From contig CM060734.1 of assembly GCA_030704615.1 (NCBI GenBank), positions 32,674,001-32,738,000 of the forward strand: DNA of 64,000 nt. The letters are read 5' to 3'. The position numbers were made by a program, and so were the translations under genes. This stretch comes from Takakia lepidozioides (taxonomy: Eukaryota > Plantae > Bryophyta). Shown here one piece after another: positions 12,180 to 24,330 of this stretch. Under the pieces are notes generated by a model. It ran no database searches. It worked only from the letters and a program-made list of their open reading frames with translations, and was not told the origin of the DNA. The number at the start of each line of letters is the position of its first letter. The first letter of the stretch is position 1.

Positions 12180-15122
12180 TTCATCCGGCCGCTGCCACAC
12201 AAGAGGTGTGGTGTCCAATGGCGACAACTGAGGTGGCCCTGGTGCAATCACCGCACTCTCCTCCTCTCCTGACGGTACAAAAGCTTCTACCCAAGCTTGT
12301 TGCACCCGTCCATCAGCAGCTTGCTGCAAATCCTTGCTCGTACCCCACAACGGAGTGTGAGCAACCATGGCAGGCAACTCCGTACCATGCATGTCATCCT
12401 GCTCTGCTGGAGGTGGCACATCCTCTGCATGGGCATTGCCTTCCAGCAACTCTCCAGGCCAACTAACTGCAGCTGTGAAGGCGGCTAGTGTTGGCATCTT
12501 GCCCCGCTGGGCAGCTGCAATACCCCCAATGAATGTCACAGGGAGCTGTGCACGGCGACCATCCCCTGACTGCCATCCAGGCCTGTAGGATGCTGACTCC
12601 CTCCCAGAAATCCAGGGTGAAGCCCATGGGGTATAACACTGCCCCACCAACGAGGACATCGTAAGAGACCGCGTCTGTCACAATGGCCTTGGCTCGCATC
12701 ACTGAGCCATCTACAGGATGATCCGGCTGCAGTCTAATAGCCAACTGATGCCGTGTCATGCCGCGAGCCTGCTCTGATCCTCCCAGAGATGTCTGTATCT
12801 GGAAAGGACAAGGCTCCATATCCGCCTCCATGAGGCCCAAACCTGCAATAGCAGCTCTGCCCAACATCAGTGGCTGAGCTCCTGAGTCCAACAAGACCCG
12901 CAGTGGCCGGTACTTCTTGCCTGCCGGTCCACTCAAAGTGAAAATGCCTCCCTGGTTGTCTAACAAGACAACTCCAGGTGTCACCATGGCGCGCTCAATG
13001 GCTGGCCTAGCTGGCAGCTCCGTCAACCTGGCAGCTGCACTTGCCATGGGCAGCCGTGGCAGTCTTGACCCTCAAATCCGAGGATCCCTCTGCCACTATA
13101 CCTTCCACTAACTCCGCAGAAGATGAAGTGACCTCCCCACTCTCACAGAGTGTTGCTGCTAGTCTGAACACTGCAGCTGGTCTCACCCCCGGCGTCGCAA
13201 TCATGGTTGCCGAGAACAGTGGGGCTTGACACACAGAGGTGGCTGCCCCCAATAACACACCGGCTGCACTAGCCTTGGTAGCAGGTGTCAGTGCTGCACG
13301 TGTAGCTCTCCCCAATGGCATAGTAACCTCCGCCTCGGTAACAGTCGGGCGAGAACTAGGTGCCATGGATGGCGTTGACACTGTCTCCGCCAAGGTGAAT
13401 GACTGAGGCAGCCTCGCCTGACGGCTTGCCTCCCCACGTTGTGGATCCAACTCCACCTCTGCACCTCGTGGCTCAGGAACTCGTGCTGCTCCTCGAGTCA
13501 CGGCAGCAGACTCCACTGCTCTAGTGGTAGTGCTGCTCCGCACATGAATCCCATGCCTCCCATATCTCCTCCCTCAGGAGCAGGAGGTGGACCATCCCGC
13601 CTGGGAGCCGGTACCTGATAGCCATGCAGCGAGCCTCTGCTCTAGCTGCTGAAGCCGATTGGCCATGCCTTGTCAACACCCTGACCTCCGCGTCCTTGGC
13701 CATGTGGAGCTTGCCCTTGGCCTGCACCTCGTGCCCGACCACCTCGTCCTCTTTGGGCTGGTCCACCTCGCCCCCGGCCACCATTGTTCCTCCCTTGGAA
13801 CAGGCCTGGGCGCAACTCAGGATGCAAGTCATAACACTGGCATCCTACAATGCCATACTTGCCACAATGCCCACACTGCAACTGTGCAGGCTGTGCTTGT
13901 GCCGGCTTTCTGCCATTCTCTGGGCAAATCTCTTTTGACATGGGATCCTCCACATGTCCAACATATCACCCCCTGGTTGTTGTTGGCCTGCAAAAGATGG
14001 CCACGGCCCTCTTGCACCTGAGGTCCCTGTGTGCTCCATGAACTTGGGCTGGGCTACCTTGCCCCCCCTGACCACGCTTTGTTGGGCAGTCCCTTGTGCC
14101 TGTGGGCTGACAGCTGTGCCCCGTACAGGCATGTCCTTGCAAAATCCAATTGTAACAACTCGCTCCTCCACCATGTTGAGCTCAATCCGCTCAGCCAGCA
14201 GAAAAACATCTGCTAATTAATGTGGGGTTGGGTGCTTGTAACAAGGTTGCATCTGCACCTTCTCTTGAGCTCCTTGTCCAGAATTCCATACCAAACTGGA
14301 TTGCCTGAGCTTCAGTAACCCCTTGGGTCACACTTATCAAGCGCCTCATACGAGTGTACGCCTCTCGCAGGCTCTCACTGGTTTTGCGCTGGAAGTCTTG
14401 CAAACTTCGCAGCTTTCTTGTCCGTACACCTTGGTAGTTCCTCCGCAACTCCTGGAAGAACTCCACCACCGGGTTGAATCTAGGCACATGTGTTGTAGTC
14501 GTGGCAGGAGGAGTAGTAGCACCTTTTGAACTGGTACCACCTACAGAAGTACCAGCACTACTTGCTCCACTACTAGTGCTGGCAGTGGGAGCTATTGGTA
14601 CTGATGCAGCTACTGGTCGCGTCGTGCCTCGAGTAATGGAGACGTAGTCAGGTGACCAATACATCCTCCACTCCTCATCTCTGCTTCATGTCCTCGCCTG
14701 AACTCGTGGTAATCGTCCATAGGCGGGCCTTCCAAATGCTGGAACAGTCCCTTCCACGCCATGAATGGGGTGAATAGTTGTGGATTGCGCATCTGCTGCA
14801 AATCACACCAGCTGTCGAACTCCTGGATAAAGTCATCCAACTCGATTGTGCCCACAGCTCCAGAGTACCTACGAGGCCCCTTGGTAGCTCCATACATCTC
14901 CTCCATGTCGTCCCACAACAATGGCGGATGAAAGTGCACACCTGTTGATGAAGCCTCCGAGTCTGTGTCTGACTCTATAGTAGTTGAGGGTGGCGGTGAA
15001 GGTGGTCTGAACCGAATACCTCGTCTTGTGAACCCACTCTCACTGTTACTGCTTGTAGCCGTACTTCCCTCAAAACCCTTGGGTAACTCCGTAATGACAC
15101 TCACAATGTGCACCTCCTCCAC
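12180..15122 (-). pseudogene. gag: Element B copy 1 gag (two CCHC knuckles) and aspartic protease
   Basis: LDDFIQEFDSWC and ESLREAYTRMRRL gag-like segments, CWTCGG.HVKRDC and CGHCGKYGH knuckles, and protease LLDSGA. Several frameshifts. Confidence 0.82.
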
Positions 15123-15638
15123 GTGACACTATAAGGCTCTAGTACTAATCTAATAGTGACACGGGTGGGCACCTGTTGCAGTCTAAGGGTCATATCCCAA
15201 TGGCTCAGGGCACCTGCACCTGCATCCACCGCAAGAACTCCTATGGTTGGCTGGTCATCAACCCAGCCTCACCATAGAAGAAACACTGGTGGTCTTGCTG
15301 GTCATCACTCAGCCTCACCACCGACAGCATACTCTAGGATTGACCGGGTGATCAAATCCGGCCTATCCCTATGAAAGCAAGCGCCCACACAAAACCAACA
15401 TGGCGCACAGTCAAGCATGCAGGTGTTGGGGGGGATCCAACACAAGAAATCAAAGCATCAACACCCCCACACCAAAATCCAGCAGCAACGCTGATCCTGC
15501 AGAATATCCCAGCCCAAACCCCGGACTGACTGGCCTCCACCAAGAGAGGCTTTGGCAACTACAAGTACAAGGTAATGAAAATAGTACAGAGATGGAGGGG
15601 AAGAATAGAAGCCCGCCCAAGCAAGATCTAATCCTGAT

Positions 15639-16470
15639 CTATGCTATCAACTTCCAGACTTCTCTCAAAGTGCCTCGCTCTGCTTGATGGTAAGGTGTAG
15701 GAGGTATATCTATGTCCAGAAACCTGCCACTAACCTTGTCCCAAGCTACAGTAGCTCGCTCTAACCAACCCTCCTCCTCTTTCTGCCAGGTAGAGACAAA
15801 GCAATACTCCCCTATCTCCCGCTCACTGAACACTAAAGAAAACAAAGGTAGGGTCTGATAGTCTCTCAACTCGAAAGCTTTGAGACGGTTGCGGGTGTCC
15901 TCATTGCGAATGACTGCATCTCCTTCACGCACAACAAACATGTCATTGCTGATGAACCCCCGCTCGTGGTTCCCTGTGCAGAGCGTATCCGGCTGCAACC
16001 ATGTCTGATTGCACAAACTTGTGTAGCTCCTGCTCCTTTTGCTCCAGTACACCACGGCCTTGTCTGAACACCTTGGTCCCCGGGGCTGTCTTTGGCTGTG
16101 TTCCAAGCCTAGCTTTCACCCACTTTGGTATTTCACCTACAGCTGCAGAACTGCTGGCTCCAACAGAGTTCTGACTGTCCAAGGCGATATTGAGGCCCTC
16201 AATGCCAACTACAGCAGTCTGTTGTCTACTGCTAATGCCTGACTCCCAGTATGCAATCAACTCGTCCAACTGTTCTCCACTCAAATCAGTCTGAGTTCCT
16301 TGGGAAACATAAATCTGTCCCCTTGTGTGCACAGACTAAAGAGAAGAGACCTGCCCTTCAATTACGTCCTCATTTCCCCCAGCCATGCAAGGAGTACATC
16401 CACCAATTTGTCTTCATATAGACCAGCACAGGTTCTAGAGACAGGATTGTGGATCTTTCATGGCACACTC
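15639..16470 (-). pseudogene. Extra ORF of unknown function upstream of gag in element B
   Basis: ORFs 15943..16332 and 15639..16106 join across one frameshift. The homologous sequence lies at ~44583-45413 in copy 2. Confidence 0.55.
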
Positions 16471-16989
16471 ACACTCTAAAAATTCCATAGATTTTTAGTA
16501 GAGTCCCAAAAACACCATGTCTAGATAGTAGTAGATTTCCCCTTTCTGCAGCTATCCCTCAAAAACTGAGTCAAACGGAGCTCATTTGACAAAGATATGA
16601 CCAACCAGGCTCTTTAAACATTTAAATTAGATCAAAAGGTTTTTTTTTTTTTTTTTTTTTTTAACACCAAAACGCTTTTGCCATTACAACCTGTTCCCAG
16701 GTTATCTACGAGTTCCCGAGGTCGTTCATGTAGTTCTCACATGTTCCCTTACCAATGTCCACAGAGCTTGAGCTGCCAAAACAAAACGGGATCTTTGCAC
16801 CACGGCCAAGGAAAGGGGCCGCAGCAAGCCGCGTGCATGCCATTGCTGTCGCCATCTCTTTCCCGCTTCCTCACCTAGCCCAAGCTTGCAAACTCTGAGT
16901 GGGCTCTATTGCGAGTTTCTCCTCGCCGAGCAGATGCCAGCACAGCGACGACAGATCGAACGGACGGCCAATCTTCGAACCTAAATTCA

Positions 16990-17275
<286 letters not shown>

Positions 17276-17393
17276 TGATTTGGTGTCCGCCAGACTTATG
17301 CTTCCTGGCCCCAGCCGAATAGAGAGAACGCTGCCCCAACAATTGTAGATTCCGCTTCGCTTATTTGAAGACGATGCTTGGCAAAATCTTATC

Positions 17394-17910
17394 TCAGTAA
17401 GTGATATTAAGAAACTTGGCCATGGCTTCCACGGCACCTGGTGGCCACCAGCTCTACACCAATCCACCTGATATTGCTGTACTGCGGTTCCCGAGCAGTG
17501 GTCTCAGAGAACCGTTCCTCTGCCCGGCTGCGGTCACCTTCTCTCCACAGCACTGCCGCTAGAGCTGCATGAGCCTCAGTGTAATTTGGATACTTCCGGA
17601 CAAGGCCTTGTATCAGTTTCTTGGCCTCCCCCAATCTGTCGAGCTGAAAGAGAACCAGAGCTTACTTGAGTCGGTATCTGAAATCCTGGGCCGCCTCCTC
17701 AAACTTCAGAAGGGAGACCCTCACACTCCCCCGGTTGGACCAGACACTGGCATTTGCGGAATCCTCATCTATCAAAGCTGAAAACAATTCTTCAGCAGTT
17801 TCCAGGTTTCCAGCAACCGCCGCCCTGAGAGCATCCTGCAGCTTGGGATTTTCAACGTCTTTGAGCTTTACTCTCGTTGAAACTGCTGCTTTTGCAGGAA
17901 GGATCAACAT
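17394..17910 (-). pseudogene. Captured TPR-protein gene fragment with C-terminus and stop (no intron visible, internally deleted)
   Basis: ASVWSNRGSVRVSLLKFEEAAQDF and LVRKYPNYTEAHAALAAVLWREG...AMAKFLNITY* are TPR helices. Confidence 0.72.
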
Positions 17911-18541
17911 TGCCCAACCTTAGTGCTCCAAGTGCCACAGAAAGGCTGAAAACAGCTGGCGTCAGGCAGTTACTGACGAGTGCCCTGCGATACCGGCATT
18001 ACCATCTTCCTTTCGTTGTAGTCGTCTCTCTGCCTAGCCGCTCCTCAGCTACAGACCGCAGGCTTCGTTGAAACTTGAGCTGGGTAATACCCTGATTTCT
18101 TGGGCTCTCCATAAGCGGTACCCTTGCTCACAGGCCCTTCAATCCAAAAACGGGCTGGCTTGGAGTCACCCACGGCAAGCCCTTCATTTCCACTCCACAC
18201 GGCAGCCCTGAGACGATGACAGGATCGCTGCAGAAAATCTAGGCACGAAAAAGAGCTAACCTCTAACCCGTCGTTACTTGATGAATCAATCAGGCAGCAT
18301 TCATCTCCAGTAGCCTGAGCAAGATCTCTCTACTAAACGCGTGACTCCAGCAAGATCCGCTAGCAGTAACTGCAAGAAGTATCCACCGCAAGCTTAATAG
18401 CTTTCTGCCGCTCCGGAATGGTTAAACACTCAGTTGAATCATTCACAGACCTGTGTCACACCAAGGTATATTATAATAGTGCTAAAACAAACATTATATC
18501 TAGCTTAGCACTAGAAAACTAGATGGCTGATCTCTCTCGAG

Positions 18542-18897
18542 TGATAAAGACGCTTGAAAGGACATACACACCCAACACAAGAAATATAAAATCCATCGCT
18601 ATCACTCATTGAAACTGAAGTCGAGCCAGGGGCACCCCAAGCTATGGGGACTCCACCCCACAACAACCTGTATCCCTACATAAGCACACTAAAACCTAAA
18701 CACATGCAGGAGCTCGGTCGCGCAGGCTCAACTCGAGAGAGATGAGCTGCGCGACTGCCGCTCTCGTGAAGATAAGACAGACCAGGTGTCAAACTAAACT
18801 TGACACCTGATTTAACACTTGACCTAAATCCAAGTGTTAAATACAAATAACTAGTTTTATTCTAGCTGTTTTCACACTGTGCTTATTTAACTTGACA
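18542..18897 (-). repeat. 5' terminal A repeat of element B copy 1
   Basis: Direct repeat of 7128-7475. On the minus strand it reads TGTCAAG...TATCA and is followed by CTCGAGAGAGATCA. Confidence 0.93.
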
Positions 18898-19825
18898 GAT
18901 GAGCTGACAAAGTCCGTGATGCAGGACTTGAGAATGGGGGTTAAATCGCAGTTCCACTTGCAAAATGGGTTGCTCCGGTATAAGCAAAAGCGTCTCTACG
19001 TGCCGAAGGGAGGGATCAGAGATAGCCTCTTGAGAGAATGCCATGATAGCCCGCTTGCGGGCCACGGCGGAGCCAAGCGCACTGCGGCACTCTTGAAGAA
19101 AGAGTATTTCTGGCCCAAAACTGAGGGAGGAGGCAGCAGAGGAGTATGTCAAGACATGCACCATATGCCAACAACCGGAGCGAGTACAAAAAGCAAGCGG
19201 GGGGCTGTTACAACCCTTGCCGATTCCAGAGGGGACTTGGGAAAGCGTCTCGATGGATTTCATGACTGCTATGCCGCTGTCAAAAGGATTCGATGCAATC
19301 ATGGTGGTAGATAGATCAGTAAAATGGGCCATTTCATCCCCACCAAGGAGACGCAACGGCGCAGGAGACAGGGCGACTTTACTTCGCCCACGTCTTAAAG
19401 CATCATGGAGTCCCGAAGGATATTGTCTCGGACCGCGATCCAAAGTTTACAAGTAAATTCTGGAGAGCACTTTGGAAGAAGATGGGGACGAGATTGAAGA
19501 TGAGCACCGCCTTCCGACCTACGACCGACGGCCAAACAGAAAGGGTGAATTCCGTAGTGAACGAGATCTTGCGGAATTACGTGTCGGCAGACCAAACAGA
19601 CTGGGTGGAACACTTAGACGCGGCAGAGTTCTGTTATAATAACACAGAACACTCCGCAACGGGAGTTTCCCCTTTTGTATTGGTCTATGGAAAAGCACCT
19701 CTGGTGCCGACAAGTTGGGCCGCCCAGGACGTTGAGGAACCGGCAGTGGCAGCAGTATTGGAAGAACGCGAGCGTTTGTTGAAGCTCGCAAAGTACAACA
19801 TTGCCAAAGCTAGGAAACGGTATGA
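18898..19825 (+). pseudogene. Element A integrase (HHCC and DDE core)
   Basis: ECHDSPLAGHGG, WESVSMDF, IVSDRD and TDGQTERVN motifs. Broken at 19825. Confidence 0.92.
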
Positions 19826-20305
19826 TTGTACCAAGTGTCATTCTGAAGAGTACCCTCGTAGACATGTATAAAGGGAGTGTTTGACAGTATGGCTGAATGA
19901 GATGTGGTGTCGTGGAGTGCGATGATTGCAGGATATGCACATCAAGGGCTCGGGATGGAGGCTTTGGAGACCTCTGAGCAAATGATGTGCGAAGGGGTGA
20001 TGCCAACCGCATAACGTTTGTTTGCATTGGCAATGCGTGTGCAAGCCTGGCAGCCCTGGAAAGGTGCAAAGAGGTCCATGGTGACATCGTCAAATCTGGA
20101 ATTGTACCCGATGTCATTCTGAACACTGCCCTGCTGGACATGTATGTCAAATGTGAGTGCATCGAGGATGCAAAGGGAGTGTTCGACAGTATGGCTGAAT
20201 GAGATGTGTGTCGTGGTGTGGAGTGATGATGATTGCAGGATATGCACAGCAAGGATGCGGGATGGAGGCTTTGGAGACCTATGAGCAATTGATGTGCAAA
20301 GGGGT
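19826..20305 (+). pseudogene. PLS PPR fragment in the inverted block, continuing at 28422-28506 after the CACTA insertion
   Basis: ORF 19987..20202 has PPR motifs. The frame MCKG-VQPNRNTFV is restored across the CACTA element. Confidence 0.85.
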
Positions 20306-21189
20306 CACTAGAAGCATTCGTGTCATTTACTACTGGGGTAACAACTCATTTTGAGTCGTAAAAGTCAAAAAACTGGGATCGACTAGAAGTTACAAACGAC
20401 TAGTTACAACAGACGTGGAAGTTGGGTCGGACATCCAATGATTGGAGTGGTAAAGGACGCAGACATGCGAACAATTGCTCAGCGATTATTGCGATTATTG
20501 CTGAAGAACCACGTGGCGTAACCAGGCGGGCCGCCCGTGTGTCTGACCTTTTGGGCTGACTTTGACTTTTCCCTCCGGATGAGTGGACTGACTCACCGGA
20601 GCACGGTGACACATAGACGCGGGTGTGGACGACGATGTGGACGCCGACGTGGCGGCGCCACGGCGAGCAGCACTGCTGCCACGTGGCCACGGGCCTGGGA
20701 CGCCACGTGGTAGTTGATCATATAACTTGCAGTGCTACATGCCCAGTGACAACTGTGACTGCAGAAGTCGGCGCAACCACTACTTTACTACTCTAAATGA
20801 AGTGCTCAAAATTACTTGAACAATCACTCATAGTGGTTCATGCTTTGAAGTTTTGGTGTTTGTAATGAGCCGACTAGTACATACGCATGTAATGCCATAC
20901 ATGAGAACTAATCATGTCATTACAAATGCGAAAACAATGAAAGACATGCCATGAAACAAAACAAAATGAAAATGAAATGAAATGAAATGAAACAAATGGT
21001 ACTTTCTTATATCTGCGGAAAGCTCAAGAGCTTATGATACAAAATGAAAAAACCAAAGTAAAAAAGTAGCCCAAAGCTACTACTGCTCTGGGAATTGCCT
21101 AAGGGTCAAGGCCTCATGCAGGTAAGCTGCCAAGCAATTGTGATCCTCGTAATGCAAGGCTCAGTGACAGATTGAGTCCCACGGTACCA

Positions 21190-24100
21190 TCTACCCATGC
21201 AGGTTTCTTGTAGCTATTGATCCACAAGGAATCATAGGTAATCTTGTGCTTGAAATCTGGCCCTCTTGGATGAATTTGGACCCACACTCTCTTTGCTCCT
21301 TCAGCTACACATGCCTCTGCACAAATCATGCATTCATCCTTGCCTCGCTGCTAGTAGCTGACAATGACAGCCTCGATTTATTCTAGGAAACATCCAACTC
21401 ATCTTCTCACACTAGTTCCTATGCTGAATGCGTCTGCTAGTCTACGAAATGTAACATGCATTCACATTTTTGCCTTGGTTGTCCCATCATTGATTGGGGC
21501 AGAATAGTATTCATTCCACAACTTCTCCTCATCTTTGTTACTTGTTTTTTGATACTTTACTGTTGTTACATTGGTAGTATCATGTCAAAGTCACTCCAAA
21601 CTAGATTCACTCAACCAGCTAACTTGCAGAATTCAACATGGAAATTTAGGGCCGATTCTGATTAGAGGGAAAACAAGGTGAAATGTGTTGAATAAGATGC
21701 CTTCATTAGCATTGTCTGATTTTATAAATTGTGCCGCTGCTGCCAGTTGACCATCTGCAGGTTTGTTGTAGCTATAGAGTCAATCTGGAGCTTGAAGCCC
21801 GGCCCTCTTGGGTGAATCTGCACCCACACTCTATCCCTGCTCCTTCAACTATCTATGCCTCAACACAAATCATGCATATATCATTGTCTTGCTGCTAGCA
21901 GCTGATGATGACAGCCTAGATTTGTTCTTACACCCCAACCCTATTTGGAAAAACAGGCTGAAATGTGTTGAGGAAGGTGCCTTTCATTAGCAGCACCTCA
22001 TTCTATCAATTGTGCTGCCGCTATTGTTTCCACTTGCAACAATTGACCATCTACTCCAGCTGATTTCTTTTAGCTATTGATCCCTCAGCCTGAACCTGAA
22101 CATGAATATGGACCTCTATCCCTGGTCCCTCAGCTATCCCTGCCCGTGTACAGATCATGAATACATCCCTCAGCCTTGCTGCTAGCAGCTGACAGTGACG
22201 GCGTGAAGTTCTTCCAGAAAAATACCCCAACCTAGGACAGTAGTTCCAATTCTGAATTGCAACTGCTTCTCTCTGTAGTCGAACAAGCACTCACCTTTTG
22301 TCTCCATGTCCCCCCACTGACTGGGTCGGAAAGTGTTCATCCCAAAGCTTCTCTTCATCTTGTTGTCTATTTTTGGGTACTTTCCTGCTGCCACATCAGC
22401 GGTAACTTGTCAAAGTCACTCCAAACCACCCCACATCCACCCAACGAGCTAACTTACAACATTCAATATGCAAATTCAGGGCTGGGTCTGATGAGAGGGA
22501 AAAATAGGCTGAAATAGGTCGAAGAAGAAGGTGCCCTCACCACATTGTCCTCGACCTTGTGTCATGACCCATGGAGGATTTGACTGACCATGCACCCAAG
22601 AGGACCTCTAGTGTGTGCGAGGTGTGTGTTGCTTCCACAGGGAATTGTAGGCGATCTGGAGCTTGAAATCCGGCCCTCTTGGATGAATCTGGACCCACGC
22701 TGCTCCCTGCTCCGTCAGCTATCCATGCCTCTGAACAAATCATGCATACATCCTTGCCTTGATGCTAGCCGCTGACAATAACACTCTAGAATTGTTCCAG
22801 CAAACACCCCAACCCTACTTATCACACTAATTCCTATGCTGACTTGCGTCTGCTTCCAACAGGCATTCACCTTTTTGCCTGGATTGTTCCACCATTGACT
22901 GGGGTCGGAACCGTATTCATTCCAGAGCTTCTCCACATCTCTATTATCTGTTTTTTGATACTTTCCTGTCGACCACATTGGCAGTAACATGTCAAAATCA
23001 CTCCAACACCACAATAGATCCACCAACGAGCTAACTTGTAGAATTCAACATGAAAATTTAGGGATGACTCTTATAGCAGGCAGGGGTGAAATATGTTGAA
23101 GAAGGTACCTTCATTAGCAGTGGGCCTTGTTCTATCAATTGTGCTGCTGCCATTGCTGCTGTTTCCAGTTGACCATCTACCCACTCGTAGCCGTTGTGCT
23201 ATTGAAGAAGGTGCCCCCCCTTCCCCCATCATTTGATCAGGTCTCCAAAGCCTGCATACCATGTCCCTGCTGTGCATACCCTGCAAGCATCGCATTCCAT
23301 GACACCACATTTGGTTCAGCCATAGTGTTGAAAACTCCCTTCGCATGCACCCACATTTGGCATAGACGTCGACCAGGGGAGTGTTCAGGATGACATCTGG
23401 TACAATTCTAGCTTTGATGATGTCACCATGGACCTCTTTCCCTTTTTCTAGAGGTCCCAGGCTTGCACACGCATTGCAAACATGCGGAAGCGTGATGTGG
23501 TTGGGCTTCACCCCTTTGCGCAACATTTGCTCATAGGTCGCCAAAGCATTCCTACCACACCCATGTTTGGTAAATCCTGCCAACATTATATTCCACATGA
23601 TCAAAGATCGCTGAGGCATTCTATAGAAATCTTGGCAAGCATCCATGATGCTCCCGCACTTAACATACATGTTGACAAGGGTGTTGAGTAGAAAAAACAT
23701 TTGGCATGAATCCACTTTGGATAATGTGAGTGTGCACCCGATTCCAGCTTCCAGACCTAGAGCCTTTGTCAGTCTGCCTGCCTCACAAAGCATCTTCACA
23801 TGCCCCGCAGAAAAGGCATTGTGCCCTCTCTTGATCCTCTTTCAGAAGTTGCGGTCATGGTTAAGGACGTGCCTGATTTATCAACTGTGCCGCTGCAGCT
23901 ATTGCCTTTAGTTGACCATGTACCCATTTAGGTTTCTTGTAGCTATTGATCCACATGGAATCACAGGTAATCTAGAGCTTGAAGTCCGGCCCTCTTGGAT
24001 GAATCTGGACCCACACTCTATCCCTTCTCCTTCAGCTATCCATGCCTCTACACAAATCATGCATTCATCTTTGCCCTTGCTGCTAGCAACTGACAATGAC

Positions 24101-24330
24101 AACCTAGGAAACACCCAATCACACTAGTTCCTATGCTGAATTACGTCTGCTACTCTCTGTCATCTAATAGGCATTCAACTTTTTGCCTCGGTTGTTCCAC
24201 CATTCATTGGGGTCAACAAAGTATTCATTCCACACCCTTCTCCTCATCTCTGTTATCTGTTTTGGATACTTTCCTGCTGCCACATCGGCAGTTACTTGTC
24301 ATAGTCATTCCAAACCACCACAGATCCACC
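21190..24330 (-). pseudogene. Repeated N-terminal modules with an OSB-type PDF motif split by an intron, plus PPR starts
   Basis: KLWNEY.SDPSQWW.N.GKK | IHPRGPDFKHKITYDSLWINSYKKPAWV. A GT..AG intron of 182 bp lies at 22689-22870. Similar modules occur near 27600, 31930, 33430 and 38630. Confidence 0.7.
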
